A DNA stretch of 62,584 nucleotides, the filler included, from Platydemus manokwari (lineage: Eukaryota), in assembly GCA_037951405.1 (NCBI GenBank). It is 6 parts of 6 records of this genome, joined end to end, with 100 filler letters (N's around TTAATTAATTAA, not from the genome) between each part and the next. Parts side by side here need not be neighbours in the genome. Positions count along the whole stretch, not along the records: positions 10,706 to 24,519 come from JBBMOY011612519.1; 5 more parts are not named here. One strand, written 5' to 3'. The notes under the pieces were generated by a model that did no database searches, had not been told where the DNA came from, and was given only the letters and a program-made list of their open reading frames with translations. This document shows, in pieces, positions 10,706 to 24,619 of the stretch; position 1 is the stretch's first letter; each line of letters begins with the position of its first letter. The translations under genes and the position numbers were made by a program.

Positions 10706-13464
10706 GCAAAATGTACTTTAAATAAATAAATATTTTTCAAAAAAAACCGAAATTTTAAGGTTATACACCTAATATATATATAGTGCAAAAGTGCGATTAT
10801 AATAAAATTTATATAATCAATAGATATAATTAATAAATTTAATTAAAGTCATAGAAATTGAGAACATTTTTGTAATTACAGCAAAAGTGAAACAATGAAA
10901 TTACATTTAAAAGTAAAATAATAAAATAGCACAAAATATCTAAAGTTGTTACAAAATAAAAATGAATTTTGAGGATAAGTAATTGCCTTTTGCAATATTA
11001 AAACAAAATTTAACTTTCTAAATACTGTCGGAATGATTTATGGGAAACTGATTTAATAATCCATTCGATTCTGATGGAAAATTAATTCGCAGATTCAAAT
11101 TTTATAAAAACAAATTTCGGCTAAAGAAAAAAAAATTATCTAAATTTGTAATATATTTCTAAATCTATATGTAATAAATAATTGAAATCTCGGCATATAA
11201 GCGGTTTTCGCCCTCATAATATTTTCGTATTTTTATTAATTAAATTGATTACTTTAAGTAGGACAAATGCGATTTGAAGTTATAATCGAAACTTGATATT
11301 GAATAAAGAAATACAGTATTTAATTACTTATTCAAGTTTTATCTTTCAATTGCATGGCATTAACATGAAACAGTCACTAAGTGAAACCCTAGATAATGAA
11401 AAATTCGTATCAAAAGCAAATTTTAATCAAAAAAATAAATTAATCTTTTACCACTGTGATATTCACTGTAGTTATGTTACATTATGCTTATGTTAATATA
11501 TTTATTTTCAAATCTTTTAAATTCGCCATTGAACAATTGAATATAGTTTCTTTATTTAACATCAAGTTACGTTTATAACAACTTCCTGTAGACTATAATC
11601 TGAGTTGTAACTTGATCATTGTTTCCCAACTTGTGGTAATCTCTTATTCAATAATATTAGAGTATTCTTCGTTGTTTAGATTTTGATTCTTAAATGATCT
11701 TACCTAAATCCTATACTCGAACTTATAAAAATACTTTGTGCCTTGATTAATTCAATTGCTCAGAGTTTTTAATGTTTTCATTAATTATCGAATTTGTACT
11801 TCATGTCTGAAATCATTTTATTACAATCGTATTAATCGACTAATATTTTAATTTATTATTAATCGTGTATTATTAAAATTCTCGTTTCCACATCCATGAT
11901 TGCTCATTCATAAGAAAGTTGTATTAATAATTATATTCATTTTGTGAATGTTTGAAGAAAAACATTGCATGATTCACTCTTATTACGTCACACTTAACAT
12001 CAATTACAATGAATACATTATCTTTCCAATACCAAGTGCATATTATTAAGTATGTGTCATTTGTAAATTGGCAGTTTTCATCCTTTAACCACATCATTAA
12101 CTCCAACAATGCAAAGAAATTGTGATATGTTTTAATTGATACAATCCAGGTACAATATGAAAAGGCTTGATAACTAGTTGTACTAAAAATATATTTTTAT
12201 AAATAGCCATGTAAAATATTATTGCAAAATTTATAATAAATAGTAAAATAAATTGGATTGTTCAAATCAAGTTGCCAATCATCATTTTGAGATGATCGTG
12301 TGAATTATAATTTCATCAATTATTGCAGTCAATTGACATGATTAAGAACAGAATCATTTATATATTCAGTTATAATTATGAAAATCATTAATGCATTATG
12401 AAGTTCAGAATTTGGAATGATTAATAAAGAAGATTGATAAATTGACAGCAATGCTTAGTTGAATAACCTCTTTGGTTAACAGTGTTTGAAAAGATTCATG
12501 TTAACATAAAACTGCTGATAGTTGCCATAAAATATCGAATATGCATTTTAAATTGAAAGATAAAATTATGAAGTAAATCTTGAAAGGTAAACAAAAACAC
12601 ATTTTAAACGAAACCATCTGATTATAATTTAAATTTTATTTGTATAACCGACCGTACAATAAAAATAAACTCTAAACAATTAAATATGATACAAATAATA
12701 CCTCATATAGTAATTGTTTACAAGATTCAGAAGTTTTCTGCATCTATTACTCCAACTATACAAGTCTATTTGCTGCTTGGATTAATTTAAAATTGATAAA
12801 ATCAATAAATTATTTTAATCACATTCCAGAGACCTAACATTGGTCTCGAAATAAAGTGAAAACTAATAATGATAAATTAAATTGATCAAAACAAGATATC
12901 ATTTACATGAATATTTCAATTCTATTTCGTCATATCAGAATTTATTTCTCTTATTAGAGCATGACATTTTAAATGACGAATTCGGTTAACTAGGCCTAGA
13001 TTTTTGTACGAAGTATTAACTAACATAAAAGAAGAATCAATACCAACTACTATGGTGTACTGTATAGAGATTGGAGGTCAATAATTTGTTTAATATATAG
13101 AAATGGTTAATAACCATACATAAATATAGTTCTCTTCTATTTTCATATTTGCAACTTATATATATTGATTATCAACTACTTTTTTACTTATTTAATTTAC
13201 TAATAACCTATTGTTGATAACCAATCATACAAGATAAAACCTATCTTGCTTTTTAAAATAAATTTATATAATTATTTTTTATAATTTTAAAAATCTGTAC
13301 AGGTACTACTCTAGTTATCGTTGAATTATAATATCCATACGGCAACAATAATATTTATAAGAATAACTGAAGATTAAAAATATCACTCATAAACTACGTG
13401 ATAATTGACTTGTTTTGGCACTTTAAACAATTCAGTCAACTGTAGGAGTAATTATAAAGGTCAT

Positions 13465-14103
13465 TTATTCCGAAATAGTCGGCAAAGACGATGGTTTGGA
13501 CGATGCTGGCGTATATGATATAAAGCTGTTACCCCATGGTTGTCGCCAATCTATGACTTTACCTTTACGAGGAAAATCCGTTGATGGAAATTCCTGACAT
13601 TCAGATTCCGGAATAGACTCGAGAGATGAGGAATTTCTAATTTTTAATCCATCGATTTTGTAGCGACAAAGTTTTTCCATATTAGTCTTCAGTAAAGCTC
13701 GTTCTTCTGCATCGATATTTTCGTGAGACAATTTCAAAAATAGAATTTTGTCTTGATAATCAATGCTGTTGTTTCGTGATTTAGTATTGTTTGAATACTG
13801 AGCTTGTCGACGAAGGACATCATCAAAATGAGAAAGATATTGAATTTTCGGTAGTTTTTCAACGACTTTTATATGAACAATAGATTTACGAGTGTTATTT
13901 TCCATCACATTACCACTCGTCCATAATTGTCTTTGATGTTTCTTTGGTCTGTGAGTTAATGGTAAAATGGAATTAATATTAGTTTGACGTATTTTCTCAA
14001 TCGATTTCTCAATTCGACTCGGTGGAACGATTGAATCTTTTGTTGATTTTTCTTTCCAAATTCCTGGAAAACGATCCGATGCTCTAGCTTTGAATTCAAA
14101 CAT
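13465..14103 (-). CDS. Hypothetical intronless basic protein, 212 aa
   Basis: 639-bp open frame in very AT-rich DNA, GC-richer than its flanks. No recognisable domain. Confidence 0.6.
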   Translation of the reverse strand: MFEFKARASDRFPGIWKEKSTKDSIVPPSRIEKSIEKIRQTNINSILPLTHRPKKHQRQLWTSGNVMENNTRKSIVHIKVVEKLPKIQYLSHFDDVLRRQAQYSNNTKSRNNSIDYQDKILFLKLSHENIDAEERALLKTNMEKLCRYKIDGLKIRNSSSLESIPESECQEFPSTDFPRKGKVIDWRQPWGNSFISYTPASSKPSSLPTISE

Positions 14104-14689
14104 GAATGATTAGAATTTCACATCAGAATGATAGAAGTAAAACTAGCATGAACTAAAAGTGTTGATTAGTCTGTTATATGCTAATTTGTAATTGTTTAGT
14201 GGAATGGCTTGCAGTAGTGTAATTATCTGTGTTTTCATTGAGATTGACATCATTACAATGCCATAAATATTCAACTGATAAATTAATAAGTCACCCCGAC
14301 CAAATGAGATCAATCATTTTTGTTACATTAGCAAGTGCTAATTTATCTCCTAATTGCATTTCTATTGTTTATTGATTTCTTTTGTAAATATTAGTTCGGA
14401 TGAAATCAATTACCGGCCAATGGCACTAATAAACATTTAAGGCTTATCAGGGAAGAAATTATAAGATAATAATAATAATAATATTCAATACAAATTTCCT
14501 TTATTTAACTAGTCCTGTTTCTTGGTATTGCTTAATCTATTTATTTAAAACAAGTGAAATCTAATTGCAGGAAATTATAAATAAAATGTTCCAAGCTATG
14601 AATTCTCAATAAATTGTACGTTTATTTTATTTATGTTACTGGAAGCCAAAAGGAAAAATTTACAGACTCAGAAGACCTTATAATGGGTA

Positions 14690-15130
14690 GACTAGTCTGA
14701 TATTGGGATAGAGTAACAGACTAGAAAAGAAAAGTTGTTTATGACTGTTAGTTTATATGAGCAATGGAGGAAGAGGCATACTGAAACAAAATTGTCAAGA
14801 TATGCTGCAACAACTTAAAAAATATGGGCAAACTTAGAATGAGAATTACAAGGAATAATTGGCTCATAAAGTATCGTAACATTGGGACGAATTGTAAAAA
14901 AGTTGGGAGAAGCCGTAAAAGAATAAAAAGGAGGTCAAGCAGAAGATTGCAATGATATGACGCCATGAATTTTGCAGAGGCTGGAGAGTATCGGGTATGA
15001 ATCTCGACGTCTGATAATCCAAAAGATATTCCGAACCCCGTTCTGAACAGCCAATTGTGAATATTCCAAACCATTCCAAATACAATAATCCAATAAAGAC
15101 AATTTGATATATCTTTGGATAATGGATTGG
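14690..15130 (+). mobile_element. Possible degenerate R4/Dong-like non-LTR retrotransposon fragment
   Basis: Purine-rich plus strand with broken motifs YMSNGGRGIL (cf. LYxPRxxGGRGL), RHE and KDIPNPVLN...RQFDISL (cf. PxPVLEN...RPDI). Many stops. Confidence 0.3.
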
Positions 15131-16199
15131 ACTCTTTCATCGGTATGTTTGTGATTTGACTGTTTCATCTGATAATTGATTTAATTTTTGATATTCTGTT
15201 ACGTTCTATTGATAAAATTTGCACGATTTAAAAAAGTGATTATTTATATTTTGGTAAATATAAAAATAAAATATTTGTTATTATTTATATTAAGATTTTA
15301 AGATGATTAAAAAATAAAATATTAGCAACAATAAAATATCTCTTTTGTTGAATCAGATAACAAATAACTAATTTCACCAAAAAAATCCCTCATATTGGAC
15401 AAGAAATAATGTATTTAAAACTCTATTTGCTAAGATACTTAAGGATCTGAACCAGCAGTTTCTTTCACTTAAAGTGTGGATATTAAATTTTATCGTGTGA
15501 AGTAATCTGTTTGATTCTTTGTAAATTAAATCAATAAATTTTGGTTTAAATAATTTGTTGCGGTGATAATTGAAATAAATTTTAAGGGATTAATAGTGTT
15601 TTTTATTAATTAAAATTCATATTCATCAACTGAGAACTTGCGTTGTTGAGTTGAAAAGACAACTTTGACAACACAAACCCAACATATGAATGTTCTTAGA
15701 AAAGATTTTTAAAGATTTTTTCTTTTAATGTTGAAAACATATCATTGACAAATCTTTGAGTTATTTCAATTTTCTTGTTAAATGATTAATGAATTTTGAA
15801 ATGGAACCTCTTATTTGTCTAAGAAATTACAAAATATGTTTTCTGTTCAACATTAACTTCTTTGTAGACATAAGATCCAGATAGATAAGTTCATTTAAGA
15901 TAAGTCTAATTTTCGTAATAATCAATAAAATCATTCGTAAAATCATTCATCGACCTAATCGAAAAAGCTTTTTGATTATTCAAAGCGTATCAAGAATCAA
16001 GTATAGATATTAAATGAGGTTATTGAGTCGTGAGTTTCGATTATGTTATCTGTTCCTAATGAGGGCTTCAATAGCTCGTATGAAGACAAAGCTATCAAAA
16101 ATAGACTGAATAAAGGTTTGAAATGATAAACCCAAAATATTATTAACTGTGGCAACAAGGATTCGCAATGTCCCGCTGCAACCGTGACGTCTATAATAT

Positions 16200-16755
16200 G
16201 AGTGGTGTTAAGAGTCACTATCTAATAATTAAAATAACACAAAATTGTTAGTAAATATTTTTTAGGAAAACGAAAAACAAGACAACACAAAAAATAACGA
16301 AAACAAGTTTGGCAAATTATGTAGTATACTGCGCAAGCAGATATCTACGTGATACCCAAAAAACGGGTACTGGAAGGAGATTAGGAGGAACGACGACACC
16401 AAATCAAGAATAATTAATTAAAATTAATTAATGATTAATTATGCAATGAATGAATAATAAATAAAACCTGTACTCACGAATAATGTCGGCTTGTCGAATT
16501 ACAATAACGGCGAATTCGAATATCGATACGTTTCACTGCTTGCTTTAAAAGTGTTTTTTGTGAGGGATGTGTGTGAACGCTTAAATTTTCGTGTTTCTTT
16601 TATAGTGTTTTCGATGGTGCCATTTCTATGTTATTTGACAGTACGAATGCTATATTCTCTCTTTTGCCATTTATTATTCTTGCTATTGTAATTTATTATT
16701 TAATTATAAATTAACATTGTGTCGCCTTTAATAATCTCTACCTTTCGGTTTACAA
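16200..16755 (-). mobile_element. Solo-LTR-like element with TATA-exon-intron layout
   Basis: Minus strand: starts tgtaaacc near 16754, tataaaag near 16600, donor c|gtgagt near 16476, AT-rich intron, acceptor ccttccag near 16370. Confidence 0.35.
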
Positions 16756-16909
16756 TAAAAAATAGTTAAGATATTTTTCAAAGTGATTATTGATGATACC
16801 ATAATCGAAAAACTATAATACTTACGAATAAAGTAAATACCAAACTGTCGATATAACTTTAAGAGTCAAATTGTCAAAATAAAAATGAAACGGTAAATAG
16901 AATGTTAGT

Positions 16910-17460
16910 GCTTTATTGTCACGTTAGACTTGGGAGGATTAATTGATCGGGATTGATGTCGGAAATTGGTGACTGCTCGAGATTGTTGGATTATTGAGAC
17001 TGGGTTTAAAGATTTATTGTGAGGATAAAAAGCGTATTAATGATTGTTGTTAAGATTGGATTTGGGAGAACGTTGCTAGATTTAATTGAGTGGGTGTTGT
17101 CGGATTTGAGGATTGCAGAATGTAGGGATTTTGTGGTGATGGGTTTACTGAGAATTGCTTGTATCTGTTTATGGAAGATACTTTTCGGGTGTTTTAGTAC
17201 ATTGGATTTGAATGAATTTTGATTGAAGGGATTTGACGATTGACGGGCAAGATATGATGAATATTGAAGGAATTTGTAATGAATTCGATATGAAGGTATG
17301 GTAGATGAAGACACTGTTCGATTGTAATAGCATTGGTGAAGGGATTTATTTTTCAAGGGATTTGTGATTCGAAATAGAAAATATTGTTTTGAATGTTTGG
17401 TAGAGAAGCTGTTAATATAGAGTAAAAAGATGAAGTTTATCTTCAAAATAGAGTTTATAT
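16910..17460 (-). mobile_element. Degenerate 3' end of a jockey/I-group LINE
   Basis: C/A-rich minus strand. Broken frames give SISNHKSLEK and LPYLHIEFITNSFNIHHILPVNRQIPSIK, resembling the post-RT motif PWYVTNxxIHxDLxIPSIK. Confidence 0.35.
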
Positions 17461-18556
17461 TCTTTTAAATATGATTAAGAAGACATCAGTTAAAAATGTT
17501 TTTGAGATTTTGAGAATTAACCAAGTTTATATCTATATCGTACTGAATTTCCTTCCGATACATTTCTAAAATGTAGACTTAGCTTCGTTTACGAAAACGT
17601 TCTTACAAAAAGGAACATATGTTGTATGAGAATTTTTAATTGAATTAAAATTTTAAAAGATTTAATTTTATATAAACATTTGATTTTGCTTGGTTGTTTT
17701 ACATTTATAGATTATGGATTAAAATAGTTTTTATAATCAGCTTCTTATTTTAGTTCTTATATTATTAAAGATATCATTATTAAACATTCTAATGAAAACC
17801 ATATATGTTGATAATAACTTAAAAAAGAAAGAATTCAAATGTGTATTTTATCATTTATTAAATAGTAATTAGTAGGTGATAATTAAGAATTGTGATTTTA
17901 TGAAATAAAAGAATAGACCAATTTAATAATCAAGCTCAAATAAAAGTGAAATATGAGGCATTGTTGGAAATTATTCTTACTTTTATTTTTGTAAAAAAAA
18001 CTCATTGAAAACCCAGTTTTATGTATATTTTAAGATAGCATTTGATAAGTAAAACATTGAAAAGTAAACTTAGGTAACTAAAATTTGTTTAGCATAAACA
18101 TCAAAATCTTCGCGACGCGGTGGCCTATGGTTTTTATACAAACAATTTCTTTATACATACCATGTACATCTGGAGGTCCTTCTATTAAGATTCATCTCGT
18201 TTCTTGTTAAAATTGCAAGTTTGCATTGTTAGTTTTGATACGCAGTGTTGGTAATAGAATTAAAGGGATATTTTTCATGACTCGTCGATTGAAATATATC
18301 AACGAATTAAGTTATGTAGATTTTAGAATATTATTATCATGTGACTAAATGGGTTTCTTCCAAGCAAATTTTTCGAAACAATAAAAATAATTGTAAAATC
18401 TATGAATACATACGTATATTTTACTGTAAAGTACATAGATACTGATATATAACATTAAAAATGTTACTTTAACCTAGTACAGATATAATAAATCGACATG
18501 AAAAATATCTCATTAACAGTAGCCAATGTAATTTGTTGAAGTTTTCATTTCAATAT

Positions 18557-21500
18557 TTAGTACGCTTCAATTTTTATACTTTCTCTGATACCTAAGCATT
18601 CAACTTCATCAATAAAGAGAGAATTTTGTTTTATTTGAATTTCTTCTTCTAAGTCCAACTGTCTTCGTGCCAAAGCCTTCCTTTGAGAATTTGAATCAGC
18701 TAAACGACGTTGCAGATGTGCAATATCCTTTTCTAATTCTGCTACTTCCTCCAATAACCTAAAAAGCAAAAATCGTTAGATTTTTGAAATAATTTTCTTT
18801 TCCAAACATAAGATTTCTCACAATAATTTAGATATAGGAGATTAAATAAGGAAATGGGATTTAAATAGTCAATAAGTTTATTGTTAATAAATAATTAAAC
18901 GCTACTGGGATATTTTTTTACAAACCGTGAGGTAATACAATCAACTTGAGGGATAGCACTACTGGCCATTCTGAATGAATAATTGTAAGTCAAAGTAAAA
19001 TATACATATTCAAATTGTCGATGTCGCTGTCGAGGTCAATATATCTTGTTTTATATTATATTGTTGTATTTTTACTATCATATATAATTTCATTAACACC
19101 TTGACGGACACTTGCGTCTATAACCATCAATTTCGAACTTCATTTGTTCCTACTGTCCGTCAATTTGTTAATTATCTAAAAATGGTGTCAAATCCGTTCC
19201 AGTCTCATATATATACATGCATGCAATTGGAATAAATAAATAAATTGGAAAAATAAATGTCTCAGAAGTCTTTCAAATTGACAAAAAGTAAAACAAGTGA
19301 AATCCTCTCTATGAAATGTTAGAAAACTTCAAAGATTACCTTTCCTCACATTGTTTCTACCGAATATCTCAGGAGATTTTAGTAACTTATAATAAATATT
19401 TAAAATTAAAAAAGCTCTATATTTTCTACAAAAAATTATGTCAACATTATCAGAGTGAAGTATATCAAATTATTTGCATAAGCATATATTTATAATATAG
19501 AGATCTGCAATGCGTTTCTATATTAATTCATCGTTGTTAAAGATTGATTCTGAGTAGAAAATACAGAACTTCATAAGGAAATAGAGAGAATGTCACAAAT
19601 AAAAATGAGGGCGAGAGATGTTTGATGGTGCTTATATCTTTAATAATATATATTTTAAAATTACTGGTTTGATATATCTAATTTACCATGTAATATAATT
19701 TATATTAAAATCTAGTACGAAAATCTTTTATTATAGCAAATTTTTATATAAAGTATTTTTCTGATTTCTTGTTTTATATTATCATTAAAGATTATTAAAT
19801 ACCTGTAATGAGGATTGTCTAAACAATTCTCAACATTTGGTCGGCCTTTACGAACTTGTAATCTTGTTTGAGCAAGCTGTAAAGGATGGATTTTTGCATC
19901 AATGGCCATTTCCAGATTCTTTATAGTATCCTCAATATTGGAAATTTCTTGAAGAACCTGTTGTTTATCGATTGAAAAATTGATAATTAATCTATCATAA
20001 ATATTTAATGGAAAATTATGAATAAAAAACTTCATAATCGAAATAAACTTCATAAAAAAAATAAATGATATTCTAAAAATATTTTAAAGATATTTCATTA
20101 TTTTCATTCATTAATACAAAATGAATGTCAACTGGATAGAAAACTCAACAATAATTATTCTCATTTTACAAACTATTTTTTGAAAATCTTTTTTCTAGTC
20201 ATTCACATGCAACGTATTTATTCAACCATAAAAATTCCAGCACTGTTATTCTGCCTATGATAAAAGATGAACTGAAATTCAAGAAGATTATTTCTAAAAT
20301 GTAATGATTGTAAGAGAATTTATTTTATACTTAAATGATCGAACTTATAATATGTGTAAGTGATATTGAAATTTAATGAGTCGGTGACGGATTGAAAACC
20401 ACAAATGACCAAAATTATCGAAATATTTTAAATGATAGATGAGTAGAAATGACAACGGAATCGATCTATCATTGGACTAATAATTGGAATTGTCAATTGA
20501 CCAATCAGAATTGACCAATCACTGAACTCTTTTAACAATTAAATGAAAACACTCCCGAAATGATTCTTTCAACAATGATAAGAATTCTTTCTAGAATATA
20601 AATCAATAATTACCAATATTAAATATGATAATTTTTAAAAATAAAATAAAACTAATCACTCTAGCAAGATGTTCTTCCAATTTTCCTTTCGAATCTTTCG
20701 TTTCATTTATTCTTCTATGGAAGGCAGTATCGACAATTCTCTTCTGTCTTTGTTGATCATCAGCAGTTTGTTGTAGTACTCCATCAATGATCGAACGCAT
20801 GTCATGAGAATTGAGCAATTGTCGATCCATATTAAGAATGTTATCATTGGTAAATGCTTGCCAATCTTCAGGAGTGACAGCTCTATTGACAAAAATGATT
20901 TAGGTTCAATCAAGTCGTCTTTTAAATTTCAATAACTTGGGATCAATTTCTGCAGCAGAATTTGTGAAACCAATATCTTTCGAATTTGGTTTAAGTTCTC
21001 GCACGAATTCATCAATACCTTTGGCTGTTAATTTATCTTCCATGTCTTTCTTTAAACGGTATTGTGCTTTTCTGTTTAATCTATGAAATAACAGAAGTTA
21101 TTTAATAACTGGAAAATATTATTCGAAATTAATAACACAATATTTACATATTTAACAGACGGGTTGATAAAAAATCATTCAACCGAAATAAACAACAATT
21201 TATTCAAGTATAAATTGCTTAAAACCGGTCACAAAAGCGAAACAAATAATTAATTACTCTAGCCCCTGTGTCTCAAAGCTCGAAATTTTGTAAATTTACT
21301 ACAGTTCCATTGATCATCAATGAATATATTTTCTAGTTTTAAATAAACTATATAAATAGCCTCATCACAAAATATTATCGTCAGTATATCGTGTTGCGTT
21401 CGAGTATCTTACAAAACATAATAAAGTAATCCATTTATCATTTAAAAACTTCTAATTTTATCAACTTTTAACAAGATTTGTATTAGTTTATAATTATATA

Positions 21501-22507
21501 TTTAATTTAATGTAACTTACATGGAAAAATTCAGTGCGATATATCATAAGCCTATAAAATAAAAATAACCACGGGATTCATTTAAGATTCATTTCAATAT
21601 TGATCGAAAATTGAATACTCAAATCTGATTGGTTAGTCAATTTATGTTATTAATAGCAAATTATAGAAAATATTTAGACTAAATGTAATTGTTATAAGTG
21701 ATTTAATATGACATTATTTTATTAATGAAATTTTAATTTTGTAATTCTTAATCTTAATTTAATCAGAACTGTTCAATTTTTCAAGTTTTCAGAAAATGTT
21801 CTAGTTGTAAAATATCATTTACAAACTTATTTAAAATAAAAATTTAATTAAACTAATTTGATCTAAATTTATCAATTATTTTCTACAATTCTACAATTAA
21901 TATTGACATAATTTATTAACCTCAGTTGTTCTACCGCCTGGTCCATTGTTCTATCCAATAATTCCTTGACACCGTTATGTGTTTCTACTTCTTTCAATAG
22001 CTCTTTCTGTACGTCATCATGAACCAAATCAATACCAATTCGACTTTCTCTGAAGAAATAAAAAATAAATCTCTCTTATTAGCATAGCTTTCAAACCTAT
22101 TCACTAAACATTGTTGTGAAATGTGAAGCGGCTCAAACAAAGCTTCTCTTGCCTTACCGACTCTCTTAATATATTCTTCTAGCCGATAATTTTCGGCTGA
22201 AACATCTGCTAATTTTTTATCTAATTCTCCTTTCCAGTAATCAATATCATATAGTCTTTGATCTGAAAAAAAGTGTATTTAAAAAACAAATGTACGTAAT
22301 TTTTAAAATTGTTTTACCCAATTTTTTATTGACATCTTTTAATGTTTTGGCAGTTCTTTTATCGGTTTCGTCAATAACTCTATCACATTCATTTTGTAAT
22401 CTTTCAGCATTTTGTCTTTCCAATTCAGCAGTACGATACTTTGTATTGTTACTATATGTCCATTCTGGATGCGTATATCTCGTTGGAGGTTTAATTAATT
22501 GAGCCAT
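18557..22507 (-). CDS. TEKT1: Tektin-1, 7 exons: 22318-22507, 22097-22262, 21921-22049, 20937-21080, 20660-20882, 19803-19957, 18557-18758
   Basis: All introns are GT-AG and phase-compatible. MAQLIKPPTRYTHPEW...DVNKKLDQRLYDIDYWKGELDKKL...RESRIGIDLVHDDVQKELLKE...RPNVENCLD...RRQLDLEEEIQIKQNSLFIDEVEC matches TEKT1 throughout. Confidence 0.93.
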
Positions 22508-22546
22508 TTAATGAAATTATAGATCTTTAAATTTTTATAGAAACCG

Positions 22547-22573
22547 ATTACTTAGTAACAATGCTTTAAACAA
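22547..22573. promoter_or_regulatory. RFX X-box-like site plus forkhead-like site upstream of tektin-1
   Basis: ATTACTTAGTAAC at 22547-22559, about 40 bp before the ATG, and taaacaa near 22567. RFX/FoxJ1 control of motile-cilia genes is established. Confidence 0.45.
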
Positions 22574-24165
22574 CTATTTAAATGTTAAATCAATTATTTA
22601 AAATGTCATTTTTCAAAATTATGAAATAGAATTTTAGAAGTTTTTCATATTTTTAATAAAAAAATCGTCATTGAAAATTTTGAATATTTTATGTAATATC
22701 AAAGATTTTATCTTAATTATTATTTATATTGCATAGTTCTTTAAAGTTGTAATTAATTTTAAACTTCTTTAAGAAATGTTTTCATCTATTAAATGGAAAC
22801 ATTGTTATTCCAATCAAATTTTACTTCTGGAAATGAAGAATTATCTAATAACATGGTTTTGTATAATATAAAATTTTTTTCCAAGTCTTACTTTTGATTT
22901 GAATTTAATACTTATCCCACATTGAAATCTTAATTTTATTTTCGAATAAGTTAATCATTGGATACACATAAATTTATTATACAATTTAATTATTGTAAAT
23001 CACCAGATATTGTATAAAATGGAGCACAATATGAAAGGCACATGAATCAATTCAAGAAAAATCGGAAACGCACATAGTTCATTACAATAGTTTAGGCAAG
23101 GATTTCTCTCAATTAATCATCAGTAAAAATTTACATTTTAATTTATTGGTAATAGAATGGTTTATCATGTTTTAATTAACCTGACAAAGTCTATACTGAT
23201 CATCTGACATTTTAATAGATTTAAATTTTCATTAGCTTTTTTATCTTCCAAAGTTGAACGACATTAGTTTAGACAATACAAAGGGAACATAAAAATTACA
23301 GTAGTACTCATTTGATGATCATAATTATTGCATGTTGTAAGTAAATTCATTTTGATGTTATATTTGTTAATAGTAATAAACACGCAACATTAATAACTGC
23401 TAAGGATCAGATGCTTTGTAAAGTTGACCGATCACTTATTCATTGTGGTAACCTTATTAAATTAACAAGGTTAAAATCAGTGGACTATCAACGTTTATAA
23501 AACCATTATTTTAACAAAAAGTGAATTCCATTATGCCCCATATTGTATTACCTTGCCGTTTATGTTCCAGTCATTCCTTAATATGTTTGTAATATTTTTA
23601 TTATGTTTTTCTGATTGGCTTTACTAATTATTTGTAGTCGAACACAAAATTAAATTATCTAAATTTGAATTTTTTGTCTCTAACTCTCCCAATACCAAAA
23701 TAAATAAAACTTCTATTTATTCATGGTACCCTTCATTTAAAATAGAACAGTTTAAAATATCTCAATGTTTGATATGGAAAGAAATATATAATTTATTATG
23801 AATGTTACTAGGTAAAATTTAAAAATTTGATTTTTCTCACTTAATTGCTTATATTTCATTCAGGTAGTTATGGTAATTTAGTAAATAATCATACATTTTG
23901 AAATCAAAATTTATAACACCATGGCAATTTTAGAAATAACCATAGTAAATTACAAATTAATTTAAAATAATCGGATAGAATTTCAAATCTGAATTCTAGG
24001 ATTTGGCGATGGTTAAGAACAATTGAACAATAATATATATGTTGGGTTTTGTAGCCTATGACAATTTATAAATCCCACATTAATAGCGTGCATTAAGGTA
24101 TAATTTTTATTATTGCACGAAAACCTTTTTTTTGAAAATTCAGGGAAATTTGGTGACCAACGGGA

Positions 24166-24208
24166 ATATAATATAATATAATATATTATAATATAATATA
24201 ATATAATA
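24166..24208. repeat. (ATATA)n-type simple repeat
   Basis: Seen directly. Confidence 0.75.
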
Positions 24209-24519
24209 TTGTTGAGTGAAGACAAAATCCTGATTAGGTTGGGTGTAATTGAGAACAATTCAATATATAAATAATAAGATATTAACAAGTAGATAACGAT
24301 CAGATATAAAATAGTTTGGAAAATATTAGTTATTATCGTTTGTTATGATGGATCAACTATTAATGCCAATACGAAATGATTATCAATGATCAAAAATTTA
24401 ATCAAGAATTTTCAAAGATATATTATAATGTTTATCAGATAACAATAAGTGAATTAAATAAAATGATTACAAATTATCAAATAACAATTACAATATGAAC
24501 TCTCAACAATAACCCGGGG

Positions 24520-24619
24520 NNNNNNNNNNNNNNNNNNNNNNNNNNNNNNNNNNNNNNNNNNNNTTAATTAATTAANNNNNNNNNNNNNNNNNNNNNNNNN
24601 NNNNNNNNNNNNNNNNNNN
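24520..24619. other. Artificial spacer
   Basis: N44-TTAATTAATTAA-N44. Confidence 0.95.

Noticed and set aside
14748-15168. Three overlapping minus-strand ORFs as a membrane-protein gene
   Set aside because: The hydrophobicity is explained by reading antisense to a purine-rich retroelement-like strand. No family motif. Not fully excluded.
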